NCBI GenBank assembly: GCA_963845085.1
Contig: CAWJQI010000001.1
Location: 64,001-128,000, forward strand
Reading direction: 5' to 3'
From: Candidatus Fermentibacterota bacterium
GTDB taxonomy: Bacteria; Fermentibacterota; Fermentibacteria; Fermentibacterales; JCC-6
DNA length: 64,000 nucleotides
Shown: positions 10,208 through 18,934 of the stretch, in pieces
Numbering within the stretch: the stretch's first letter is position 1
How the letters are laid out: each line of letters starts with the position of its first letter
Made by a program: the position numbers and the translations under genes
Notes under the pieces: generated by a model
What the model was told of the DNA's origin: nothing
Database searches by the model: none
Seen by the model: the letters and a program-made list of their open reading frames with translations, nothing else

Positions 10208-11264
10208 AAAGCAGTTCCACTGCAGCTTCAAGAACGGGGTCGATCCCTGCCGCAAAGTCTTCGGGGGTCACTGTGACAGGGATGTCGGGAGTCACCCCCA
10301 CCCCCGCGACAGCATTCATGGATGTATCGTAGATCACCACCCCGGACAGGTAGAGCAGCGTTCGGTCATTGGGGTCAACCGGGTTGTTGAGGGGAAAGGG
10401 CCTTGAAATGTCGGGCGCACCTGCAGTAATGTCGCCAACAAGGTTCACATAAGACGGAGTGGAGATCAGAAGGGCCAGCACTTCAGCGAAACCCGCCGTT
10501 CCCCTGCCCGTCAGCACGAGCACCGGCCCTGTGAACTGCCAGCCGCCCTGCCTGAAGGTATAAACCGGGTATGGTTCGTCCAGGTCGAGCCTTCCCGGCC
10601 CGTTCCTGTACTGCCTGTAGAGGCCGAGATAAGCCTGGTCCATGAACCTGCCGGAGATCTGGAGCGCATCGTAGAAACCCGAAGTGCCTGTGCAGTTTCG
10701 CAGGTCGATGATGATGCCGGAGCAGGCCTGCATCGATGAAGTGACATCGTAGAACACGGGATACAACTGGTCCTCGTCCAGCGCGTTGGTGGAAATGCAG
10801 ACGTATCCGATAGCGCTGTCGGGTGTTGCGAACCCGTAGGTGAGGCCGGAGAACGAAAGCTGGTTGCAGTTCCATTCCTGCATGTAGGCGTTCCAGACAT
10901 CACTGTCGAAATTGATGAAGTGATCCGGCCGGTATGCAGGGATCATCGTGTTGTCATGGAAAATGAATATCTGTCCGTCCGACAGGGTTGAGAAGAGGTC
11001 TGCAAGCAGGTCATTCAGCTGATCCCTGTCTGTAAGGGCCATCGCCTGGGCTCTTCTCTCCAGAAACTCCGCGTCCCAGTCGACATCCTGATGGACAACG
11101 AAGGAGGAGTAGTACTGGTCCGCCAGATTCCAGGCCAGAGTGTATTCGGAGAAAAGGGAGTCGGGCAGACCCACAGAATAGGGCTGGTGAAAGCAGGCCG
11201 TCGAAGAGAGCGACAGGACGGCCACAAGAAGAAGCACCGCAACCGGCACCCATTTTTTTGCCAT
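10185..11264 (-). CDS. S41-family peptidase-like lipoprotein (copy 1), catalytic Ser apparently replaced by Gly
   Basis: Lipobox STAC; VDWD, IGYVCI, IIIDLRNC, PVLVLTGRGTAGFAE, VGDITAG, GVGVTPDIPV, DPVLEAA. Confidence 0.85.
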   Translation of the reverse strand: MAKKWVPVAVLLLVAVLSLSSTACFHQPYSVGLPDSLFSEYTLAWNLADQYYSSFVVHQDVDWDAEFLERRAQAMALTDRDQLNDLLADLFSTLSDGQIFIFHDNTMIPAYRPDHFINFDSDVWNAYMQEWNCNQLSFSGLTYGFATPDSAIGYVCISTNALDEDQLYPVFYDVTSSMQACSGIIIDLRNCTGTSGFYDALQISGRFMDQAYLGLYRQYRNGPGRLDLDEPYPVYTFRQGGWQFTGPVLVLTGRGTAGFAEVLALLISTPSYVNLVGDITAGAPDISRPFPLNNPVDPNDRTLLYLSGVVIYDTSMNAVAGVGVTPDIPVTVTPEDFAAGIDPVLEAAVELLSKTPPMR

Positions 11265-11360
11265 TAGTTCCTCCCTGCTGTCATCAGCCTTTCCTTTACG
11301 GTGCCGAATATGTATTATCCTGAAGTTGAAGCCAATCAGCCATTCAACAGGGAGGTCATC

Positions 11361-12347
11361 TTGTCCATGCGTCCCGTTGCAGCCGTTTCCGCCGCCCTTC
11401 TTCTTGCTGCCTGCAACAACTTCAGCGAGTACTCATCCGCTCCGCAGGCCGGCCTGATCTTTCTCGACCCGATCACGCTTGCAGTCGAGGGAACGCTGGA
11501 CGGCGTCGAGGGCGGAACCTCCATCTGCGCAACGGGTCCGACAACGTTCTGCGTCGCGAGCAACACCGGGCGCATGTTCCTCTACGACGCGGATACAATG
11601 ACGCCCGACACCTCATTCGTCATCGGCCTTGAGCAGAGCGCGGGGTACGGTGACATGCTCTACGTCCCCTGGAAGTCAAGCATCTACATCATCGGAGCGA
11701 TGGGCAGCATACTCGAGATAGGCATTCCCGGCGGAGAGGAGAAGGCTGAACTTACGTTCGCCTCGAACCCCTCCCATCTCTCGATGAACCAGACCGCCAC
11801 ATTCCTTTACGTAACCGACCCGTCCAACCGCAGCGTATACAGGATGAGCATCTCGAGCAATGTCTTGTACAAGACTTTCGTTCTGGAAAGAACTCCTGTC
11901 GGCACAGCATGCTGCACGCGCGGTCTTGACACGCTTCTCATTGCCACCAGCGACCCGGCTGGGGTGGGGTACGTTCAACCCGTCGAGTCGGTATTCCGCA
12001 GGGAGGTGGCGTATCGGCCGACGGTCGATATCGAGGCCACGACCCCCTTTCACGGGCTGATATGCGGGCTTCACGCGAATCCCAGCGGGAGCGGTACGCT
12101 GAGCCTCGTGGATTCGCTCCAACCTTTCAGCATCGCACGGAATGTTGTTTTTCCGGGAACACCGCGGGTGCTTTACAACCACACCGACGAGCAGCGCCTG
12201 TACATCATCTCGGTCGAAGAGGTCGGAACCTTCCGCGTGATGTGCTACAACAAGGACTTCGAGCAGTTCGAGAACAGCGTGGAACTCCCGGGATACCCGG
12301 TCGACATGACCTCGGCGGGAAACCGCCTCGTGATCCTCACATACTAG
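11361..12347 (+). CDS. Beta-propeller (YncE/YVTN-like) lipoprotein (copy 1)
   Basis: GGAGG-5nt-TTG start, lipobox LAAC, beta-rich blades (LYVTDPSN, RLYII); paralog of 13497..14486. Confidence 0.75.
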   Translation: MSMRPVAAVSAALLLAACNNFSEYSSAPQAGLIFLDPITLAVEGTLDGVEGGTSICATGPTTFCVASNTGRMFLYDADTMTPDTSFVIGLEQSAGYGDMLYVPWKSSIYIIGAMGSILEIGIPGGEEKAELTFASNPSHLSMNQTATFLYVTDPSNRSVYRMSISSNVLYKTFVLERTPVGTACCTRGLDTLLIATSDPAGVGYVQPVESVFRREVAYRPTVDIEATTPFHGLICGLHANPSGSGTLSLVDSLQPFSIARNVVFPGTPRVLYNHTDEQRLYIISVEEVGTFRVMCYNKDFEQFENSVELPGYPVDMTSAGNRLVILTY

Positions 12348-13395
12348 CGAACTGCGAAAGCGCTGCTTCCAGAACGGGGTCGATGCCTGACGCGAAGTCT
12401 TCCGGTGTCACTGTGACAGGAATGTCCGGTACGATGCCGGTTCCGGAAATCGGGTTCATCTCCGTGTCGAGCACAACGAAACCCGGAAGGTAGAGCCACA
12501 ACTCATCCGAAGGAGTATCGTTCAAGAGGTACCCGACTCCCACGTTGGGAGCGCCGAACGTGGTGTCACCCATAAGCGTGACATGATCCTGTGTCGCGAG
12601 GAACAGGGTCATCAACTCCCCGGCGCCGTCGGTACCCCTTCCAGTGAGCACAATGACGGGCACGCTGAACTGCCAGCTCCCCTGCTTTGTAACGAGTGCG
12701 GGCTGGGGTTCAGCCATGTCGAGTCGGCCGGGTCCCGAACGGAACTGCCTGTAGAAGGCCGTCTGCAAGGCTTCCTGCACGAAGCGGCCCGACGTGTAAT
12801 AGGCGCTGAGGTAATCCCCCACCCCGCCGCAGGTTCTCAGATCGAGAATAATGCCCCGGCATGTACTCACTTCGACGGTCATATAAAGAAAACTGATCCA
12901 GTCGTAACCCGATCCCATGTCCCTGATGCACAGGTAACCTATGCTTTCTTCGGGAACGATCGCATAGCCGTAGACACCTCCCGGGGCTGCCTCGTAATCC
13001 CAGTCTTCCATGTAGCCCTGCCAGACCGTCTGGTCGAAATTCTCGAAGTATCCCGGCTCATACGGCCTTGTCACCTCGCCTGTCGACCGGACAAGCATGA
13101 CCTGGCCGTCTTCGAGCACGGCGAGCATTTCCGTGATGAGGGAGTAAAGCTCCCACCTGTCCGCGAGCGAGCCCGCCTGCCCGCACCATGCCTCGAATTC
13201 CCGGTCCCAGTCGACTTCGGGAGACAGAACGAACGATGCATGATTTGCATTTGCCAGGTCCCAGGCCAGAGCGAATTCGGAATAAAGCGGGTCGGGAGTT
13301 CCCACCGAGTAGGGCGACGGAAAACAACCGGAAAACGAGGCCGCCATGAATACTGAGACCCCGGCGGAAACAATCACGGCAACGAACTTCCTCAT
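12337..13395 (-). CDS. S41-family peptidase-like lipoprotein (copy 2), catalytic Ser apparently replaced by Gly
   Basis: Lipobox FSGC; IGYLCI, IILDLRTCGG, PVIVLTGRGTDGAGE, GDTTFG, GTGIVPDIPV. Confidence 0.85.
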   Translation of the reverse strand: MRKFVAVIVSAGVSVFMAASFSGCFPSPYSVGTPDPLYSEFALAWDLANANHASFVLSPEVDWDREFEAWCGQAGSLADRWELYSLITEMLAVLEDGQVMLVRSTGEVTRPYEPGYFENFDQTVWQGYMEDWDYEAAPGGVYGYAIVPEESIGYLCIRDMGSGYDWISFLYMTVEVSTCRGIILDLRTCGGVGDYLSAYYTSGRFVQEALQTAFYRQFRSGPGRLDMAEPQPALVTKQGSWQFSVPVIVLTGRGTDGAGELMTLFLATQDHVTLMGDTTFGAPNVGVGYLLNDTPSDELWLYLPGFVVLDTEMNPISGTGIVPDIPVTVTPEDFASGIDPVLEAALSQFASM

Positions 13396-13496
13396 GGGCT
13401 TCCCCTCTGATGGTGCAGTAAGGACACATGGTGTCTTTCGTATTATACTCCGCCAATGTTGTGAGACAAAACACCCTCACTGCAATGGAGGTTCCC

Positions 13497-14486
13497 TTGA
13501 CTCGCGTGATCCCGTTCGCAGTTCTTGCAGCGGTCCTTCTTTCGGGATGCAGCAATTTCACGGAATACTCCGGAACGCCTTCCGCAGGGCTCCTTTTCGT
13601 GGATCCCGACAACCTCGAGCTTCTGGGGGCCATCGACGGCATTGAGGGGGGCAGGGCACTCTGCGCGGGCGGCGGAACTTCATTCTTCGTGACCGCCACG
13701 AGCGGCGAGTTCCATATCTGCGACTCCGGCACGATGTCCATCGACACATCATTCGTGATCGGGCCGGGAGCGAGCGCCGGATACGGGTCAATGGCCTGGA
13801 TACCCGGAAAAAACACGGTCTACGTGATAGGTGCGCTCGGAAACATACTCGAGGTGCAGCCGTCAACCGGTCTTGTGATAGACGAGATAACTGCAGGGTC
13901 ATCACCCACCTGCATGGTTCCGTCAAGAAATGTCGACTTCGTCTATGTCACCGACCCCCTGAACAACAAGGTTCATGCGATAAGAACCTCGACAAACGCT
14001 GTCCTGAAAACCTGGCTTCTCCAGGGAACCCCTACCGTGATGTGCACCAGCGCCTTTGGAAGCGATACCCTGCTCATCTCCACCAACGATTCGAAGAATG
14101 TGGCCTACATCCAGCCCGCCGATTTCGGTTCCCTGGCCAGGAAGGTCAACCTTCCCCCGGCATCCGACCTGAACGCATCTGACTCGCTCGAGCTGCTTTT
14201 CGCAGCCCACCCGGGATACGGTTATTCCTCGGGATCGGTTTCCGTTATAGATTCGCTCTTCCCGTTCAGTATAAGGAATACCATATCCGTCCCGGGAAAC
14301 CCGACATACCTTGAGGTCAACGACAACCAGATGAACCTCTTCATTCTGTCCTCCACCGAATCCGGCGATTGCACCCTGTACTGCTACGGCCTGTCCCAGT
14401 CGATACTTCTCGACAGCATCGACCTTCCCGGCACACCCGTCGACATGGTGATGGCCGGCAACCGTCTGGTCATCCTCACGTACTGA
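13497..14486 (+). CDS. Beta-propeller (YncE/YVTN-like) lipoprotein (copy 2)
   Basis: GGAGG-5nt-TTG start, lipobox LSGC, VYVTDPLNN; shares the C-terminal AGNRLVILTY with copy 1. Confidence 0.78.
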   Translation: MTRVIPFAVLAAVLLSGCSNFTEYSGTPSAGLLFVDPDNLELLGAIDGIEGGRALCAGGGTSFFVTATSGEFHICDSGTMSIDTSFVIGPGASAGYGSMAWIPGKNTVYVIGALGNILEVQPSTGLVIDEITAGSSPTCMVPSRNVDFVYVTDPLNNKVHAIRTSTNAVLKTWLLQGTPTVMCTSAFGSDTLLISTNDSKNVAYIQPADFGSLARKVNLPPASDLNASDSLELLFAAHPGYGYSSGSVSVIDSLFPFSIRNTISVPGNPTYLEVNDNQMNLFILSSTESGDCTLYCYGLSQSILLDSIDLPGTPVDMVMAGNRLVILTY

Positions 14487-14487
14487 C

Positions 14488-15396
14488 ATGAGCGACGCGA
14501 TCACGCTCAACCGCCTGTCAAAGAGATACGGAAGCGTGAAGGCCCTTTCCGATGTCAGCCTGTCGATTCCCGAGGGATCGGCGATGGCTGTTCTTGGAGA
14601 GAATGGCGCCGGCAAGACCACAATGATACGCATAATCCTCGGCCTGGCTTCGCTCGACAGCGGGACGGCAAGCATCCGCGGCACTTCCGTCAGCGACCAC
14701 CTGGCCCGCAGCAATGTTCGCTACCTTCCCGAACGGGTCCAGTTTCCTGAGTGGGCCACTCCAACCGATGTATTCCGCCACATGGAGCGCATCAGAAGGG
14801 AATCCACGACCGCGGAGTTCATCGAAAGGGCCAACGAACTGGAGTGCGGCGACCTCATGAACCGGAAGTTCGGCAAGATGTCCAAGGGACAGCGCCAGCG
14901 GCTCGCCCTTGCGCTTGCAACCGCCGGCGTTCCCCAGATGGCCATTCTTGACGAACCATCCTCGGGTCTCGATCCGATGGGTCGCATCCTCGTGAGAAAG
15001 ACCGTTGCGAAGCTTGCCGGCCAGGGGGCGACGATCCTCCTCTGCTCCCATCTTCTTGGAGAGGTCGAGCAGGTCTGCAGCCACGCCGCCTTCCTGAACA
15101 GGGGGCGCCTCGTGGCCAACGACAGCCTTGAGAAGCTGTCCCGGTTCACAGGCGTGGCCGAAATAGAGACAGGTGAACCTGAAAAAATGGTCGCAGGGCT
15201 TTCTGAAAGGGGTTTCGTCTGCAGAACTGAACAGGGTGTGGCAATCGCCGCCCTCGACGATGACAAGGCCATAAACGGGCTTGCAGCGGCAGCCGCGGAA
15301 ACGGGTATTCCATTCACGGCCATCCGGATGAAGCGAGAGACTCTCGAGGACGTGTTCATGCGGGTGACGGATCGGAGCGGCGACAGTGTTTCTTAA
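14488..15396 (+). CDS. ABC transporter ATP-binding protein (ABC-2 exporter type)
   Basis: GENGAGKTT, MSKGQRQR, ILDEPSSGLDP, SHLLGEVE. Confidence 0.93.
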   Translation: MSDAITLNRLSKRYGSVKALSDVSLSIPEGSAMAVLGENGAGKTTMIRIILGLASLDSGTASIRGTSVSDHLARSNVRYLPERVQFPEWATPTDVFRHMERIRRESTTAEFIERANELECGDLMNRKFGKMSKGQRQRLALALATAGVPQMAILDEPSSGLDPMGRILVRKTVAKLAGQGATILLCSHLLGEVEQVCSHAAFLNRGRLVANDSLEKLSRFTGVAEIETGEPEKMVAGLSERGFVCRTEQGVAIAALDDDKAINGLAAAAAETGIPFTAIRMKRETLEDVFMRVTDRSGDSVS

Positions 15397-16237
15397 CGCA
15401 CTTGAACACCTTCTCAGAAGAAAGCTGCTCACCGTGGCCCTTGTCGTATTCGCTGTGTTCATGCTGCTTTTCTGGTGGGGGCTGTCGAGTTCCGCAAAGG
15501 AAGTCAACGACTTCCAGGCTGTTGAAGGCGATGCGGTTCATAACCTGATGACATCGGAAGACAAGGCATGGATGGCCATGGCGACCTCGGGTCCCATGCT
15601 CGCCACGATCCTTATCGGCCTCACCATAATCATGGGCGCAAGCGTCCTGCCCGACGAGATCGCCTCGGGAAGGCTCTCGCTCTGGGCCAGTCTGCCACTG
15701 TCGCGGCGAAGGCTCTTTGCTGGAACCACGCTGGCCCCGCTTGCCCTTTCAACCGCGCTCGGATACGTGTTTTTCCTTTCGGCGGCCCTGCTGATACGGG
15801 CGTACTTTCCCTACGCGCCCGCCAACATCCTCGTGGCCCTGGTGGCCATGCCGATCTGGATCGCGGTCACCTGGGCGGCCGTGACAACTCTGTCGCTTGT
15901 CATGGGAAAGATCCCCGCAATGCTCGTGACATTCATACTCGGCGGTTTCAGCGCCACTATGGGGAGCATTGTCGAGCTGGGAAAGACAATCCCCGAGGTG
16001 AACGAGTCGGGCATCTACGTCGTCGCCAACACCGTTACGATGATCTTCCCGATCGACAGGGGCTATCGTGCAATACTTTCGGGCCTTCTTCCGACCCGCA
16101 GCACCATAGATGAGTTCCTGGCCCTCATGGGCTACTCGGGTGAATTCTCGACAATCGAGCTTTTGTATCCGCTCATCTGGTCAGCGCTGCTCTGCTTCCT
16201 CGGTTTCGTGATCTTCAGGAAGATGGAGATACAGTAG
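15386..16237 (+). CDS. ABC-2 type permease subunit
   Basis: About 6 TM segments, DEIASG..PLSRRRL motif; overlaps the ATPase stop. Confidence 0.85.
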   Translation: MFLNALEHLLRRKLLTVALVVFAVFMLLFWWGLSSSAKEVNDFQAVEGDAVHNLMTSEDKAWMAMATSGPMLATILIGLTIIMGASVLPDEIASGRLSLWASLPLSRRRLFAGTTLAPLALSTALGYVFFLSAALLIRAYFPYAPANILVALVAMPIWIAVTWAAVTTLSLVMGKIPAMLVTFILGGFSATMGSIVELGKTIPEVNESGIYVVANTVTMIFPIDRGYRAILSGLLPTRSTIDEFLALMGYSGEFSTIELLYPLIWSALLCFLGFVIFRKMEIQ

Positions 16238-16286
16238 AGAGGTTGCCGGCACCCCTTTTACAGTGCTGGTGCCAGCGATCCGTTCC

Positions 16287-17825
16287 TCAGGCTGGTGTCT
16301 CCGGTTGAGGCGGGCGGTGGGTTACGGAGGGCAGTTTCGGTTCCCTGCCGGCTCCCACGGCATCGATCGCAGCGGCCAGAGTGATCATGTCTTCAAGCAG
16401 CGGCTCGATGTCCGCGGGATCAAGGTACCTGCCCCCGGTGTCCATGACATCCACGTGCCCCGGCAGAAGATGTGCCTGAACGCTTGACCAGTCCACCATA
16501 AGCCTTCCGATCTTCGGTTCCCATCTGTCGAGGAACCACCTGAACGGGGCGAGCACCTTCTTCTCCTCCTCCCGGGACTTTCTCATCCGTTCAACCGTTT
16601 CCGCAGAGGCGTAGCGGATCGGAAACAGGCCGTTGAACCCCGGATCGCCCGAAGTGAACCGCTGCATCGACTCGGGAGGGTAGCCGGGCGGATCTGTCCT
16701 GAGATAGAAAACTGATTCATCGATCCCGACCTCGACAGCGTACTCGTCGGACGGATCTATCTCGATGTCGCGGCCCCTGTATTTCTCCATAACGCTTCCG
16801 ATGCAGCCCTTGATCCCGGCACCCTCATGCTTCCAGCCGTGCCTGAGCGACAGCTCCGCTAGTGCCGTTTTGCATGCCCCGCCCATTCCAGTTCGTCCCG
16901 CGAACAGGGTGCGGACAACCATCATCACGGGGATCATGATGATGATTGCCGTGATGAAAACCGGCCCGAAGTTCGACATGAAACCCCCGCCATCGCCGCC
17001 CAGAGTGCTTATCAGGGCGATTAAGAGCGCAATAGCGGCGGCAATGCCCAAACTGGGAAGGAGAGGCCTCACCCCCCTTGTGATCATGCGCGGAGCGCTC
17101 CTTGCCTTCCATGCGGCAAGCTCCCTCTTCTCCTCCTCTTCATCCTGCAGCCTGCGCTCAGCCTGCAGCTGCTTCCTGCTCTTTCCGGAGAGGATGACGA
17201 ACCATTCCACGGCAGTCCTGACGGGGTGCATTTTTTTCCAGAGGTCGTCGGGAACGTACACTTCGGAGCTGCAGTACCCGCATTTGGTAACCCTTTCGCT
17301 CTTCGTGGAGATCGACAGTGCTCCGCTGCACTGCGGACAGCCCATTACGACGGGCGTCCGTGAGTTCTCGTCCACCGTGAGCGGTTCGCCCCCGTCCTTC
17401 TCCGGTCCCGCCTGCGTCGTCACGCAGAAGACCGCCGGGGGAACCTCCCTTGAAAGCCATTCCGGTGCGGGATAGCAGTGAACAGGGCTGCCGCACTTTT
17501 CACAGGTTGAAGCGGCGGGTTCCATGAGGTCAGGGGCAGGAAGGGGGGTTTTGCATGCGGGACATCGCGGGGAAAGCCTCCACAGGCTGTAATTGTAGGT
17601 GCCGCTGCCGCTCATGAGCGTGCCGCCCGTGCCCTCCCCTTCTGCAAGGCCTTCGTATTCCTCCTCGAAGTCGTTCAGAAGGTCACCGATGATGTCGCCG
17701 GGCACGGCCGTCTCCCTGAAACAGGCCGAACAATTGAAGCTCCGGTACGGGCCGTTCATGGGGATCGGCTGTCCGCAGCCGGCACACACGGTTCGGAGCT
17801 CAAGGCAGACTGATCTTTGCTGCAT
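16287..17825 (-). CDS. Multi-zinc-ribbon membrane protein, function unknown
   Basis: Six CxxC motifs (CAGC, CSAC, CPAC, CEKC, CPQC, CGYC), a charged helix, two TM helices and a C-terminal globular region. Confidence 0.75.
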   Translation of the reverse strand: MQQRSVCLELRTVCAGCGQPIPMNGPYRSFNCSACFRETAVPGDIIGDLLNDFEEEYEGLAEGEGTGGTLMSGSGTYNYSLWRLSPRCPACKTPLPAPDLMEPAASTCEKCGSPVHCYPAPEWLSREVPPAVFCVTTQAGPEKDGGEPLTVDENSRTPVVMGCPQCSGALSISTKSERVTKCGYCSSEVYVPDDLWKKMHPVRTAVEWFVILSGKSRKQLQAERRLQDEEEEKRELAAWKARSAPRMITRGVRPLLPSLGIAAAIALLIALISTLGGDGGGFMSNFGPVFITAIIIMIPVMMVVRTLFAGRTGMGGACKTALAELSLRHGWKHEGAGIKGCIGSVMEKYRGRDIEIDPSDEYAVEVGIDESVFYLRTDPPGYPPESMQRFTSGDPGFNGLFPIRYASAETVERMRKSREEEKKVLAPFRWFLDRWEPKIGRLMVDWSSVQAHLLPGHVDVMDTGGRYLDPADIEPLLEDMITLAAAIDAVGAGREPKLPSVTHRPPQPETPA

Positions 17826-17904
17826 CGGCCCCCCTTAGTGCTTCCTGTTCGCAGACTAAGGCCGCCGGTCACCGCGGAACACAAGGCCGGAACAGCCAGC
17901 GTGC

Positions 17905-18297
17905 TCAGGTGACCGAGACAACCGCCGTGTTGACAATGAAAACCCTGATGGTGTTGCTTTCCGAGTCCGCCGGTGTGAGGAAGAAGCCGCCGTGCGCCGG
18001 GTTGAAAACGAGGGAATAGCCCGCCATCCGCTCGCCGTCCTCGAACTCAACCATCAGCTTTTTTCCGATGGCCGGGACATCGGGATCGAAATCGTTCCTG
18101 TCCACCCTGCCGGGGTCGCCGTGAAAATCCTTCACGAAGAACACCGCTTTCAGGTCTGCGATGGCGACTTCCGTGATGTCTCTCGGGTTGTTCATGGAGA
18201 TGAGATGGAATGTTTTCTTACCGGGGGCGAAATCGTTCGCGCTCCCTTTCAGCAAACGACCGTCACGGTACCTTGCGATCAGTTTGTTTACTCCCAT
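17905..18297 (-). CDS. Conserved hypothetical protein (DUF6982-like)
   Basis: MGVNKLIARYRDGRLLKG..DF..LKAVFFVKDF..VEFEDGE..GFFLTPAD; GGAGG SD before ATG 18297. Confidence 0.8.
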   Translation of the reverse strand: MGVNKLIARYRDGRLLKGSANDFAPGKKTFHLISMNNPRDITEVAIADLKAVFFVKDFHGDPGRVDRNDFDPDVPAIGKKLMVEFEDGERMAGYSLVFNPAHGGFFLTPADSESNTIRVFIVNTAVVSVT

Positions 18298-18445
18298 TTT
18301 ACCCTCCGGCTGAACCAGGACAGAACAATTCAGGGCAATGATTCCCAACCATGTAAACAAAATGCCATTGAACGGCCCGGCGGTCAATGGCGGGGCCGTG
18401 GGCGGGCACACGACGACCGCCGGAACAACCCCTTGGGAAAAACGC

Positions 18446-18916
18446 CTACAGCTGCTTCTCTTCGGATACAGCGCTCTCGAGCGCGGCACCGCACGCCGAA
18501 CACGTTTCCTCGTACCAGCTGAAACGCCTTCCACACGACGGGCACGACCAGCGCCCCGCTTCATGTTTGAGCCAGGCGTCAATGCCGGTCTCCCTGATCC
18601 GCTCAAGGTTCCTGAAAACCGCTGAATGGTGGGGAGCTGCATCGTTTTTGAAAGCCGACAACGCCTCGCATGGATAATCAGTGCACTGGAAGCAGAACTC
18701 GTGCCCCTTCGAAACGGCGCAGACCCTCATCGCGCACCTTGCGCAGAATGGCACCGTAATGTCGCCCTTGCAGCCGCCGCAGCGCAGCTCGGACGGTTTG
18801 AGCTCCCACTCGATGGCCATCTTCTGCAAGCCCTCGGAATCGTCCAGTTCGTTGGCCAGCCCGACCGGACATGCGCCGCAATCGAGCCCGCAGTATGAAT
18901 CACGCCTGACGTTCAT
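18446..18916 (-). CDS. DUF3795-family Cys-rich protein with C-terminal zinc ribbon
   Basis: YCGLDCGAC, CGGC, C..R.CA...G..FCFQC..YPC, WSCPSCG..CSACG. Confidence 0.85.
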   Translation of the reverse strand: MNVRRDSYCGLDCGACPVGLANELDDSEGLQKMAIEWELKPSELRCGGCKGDITVPFCARCAMRVCAVSKGHEFCFQCTDYPCEALSAFKNDAAPHHSAVFRNLERIRETGIDAWLKHEAGRWSCPSCGRRFSWYEETCSACGAALESAVSEEKQL

Positions 18917-18934
18917 CCCAGCCTCCGGTCTGTT

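Larger units (their letters stand above)
10185..14486. repeat. Diverged tandem duplication of a ~2.15 kb divergent two-gene module
   Basis: Same gene order and paralogous proteins; DNA similarity, e.g. agaacggggtcgatccctgccgcaaagtcttcgggggtcactgtgacagg (10231) vs agaacggggtcgatgcctgacgcgaagtcttccggtgtcactgtgacagg (12371). Confidence 0.85.
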
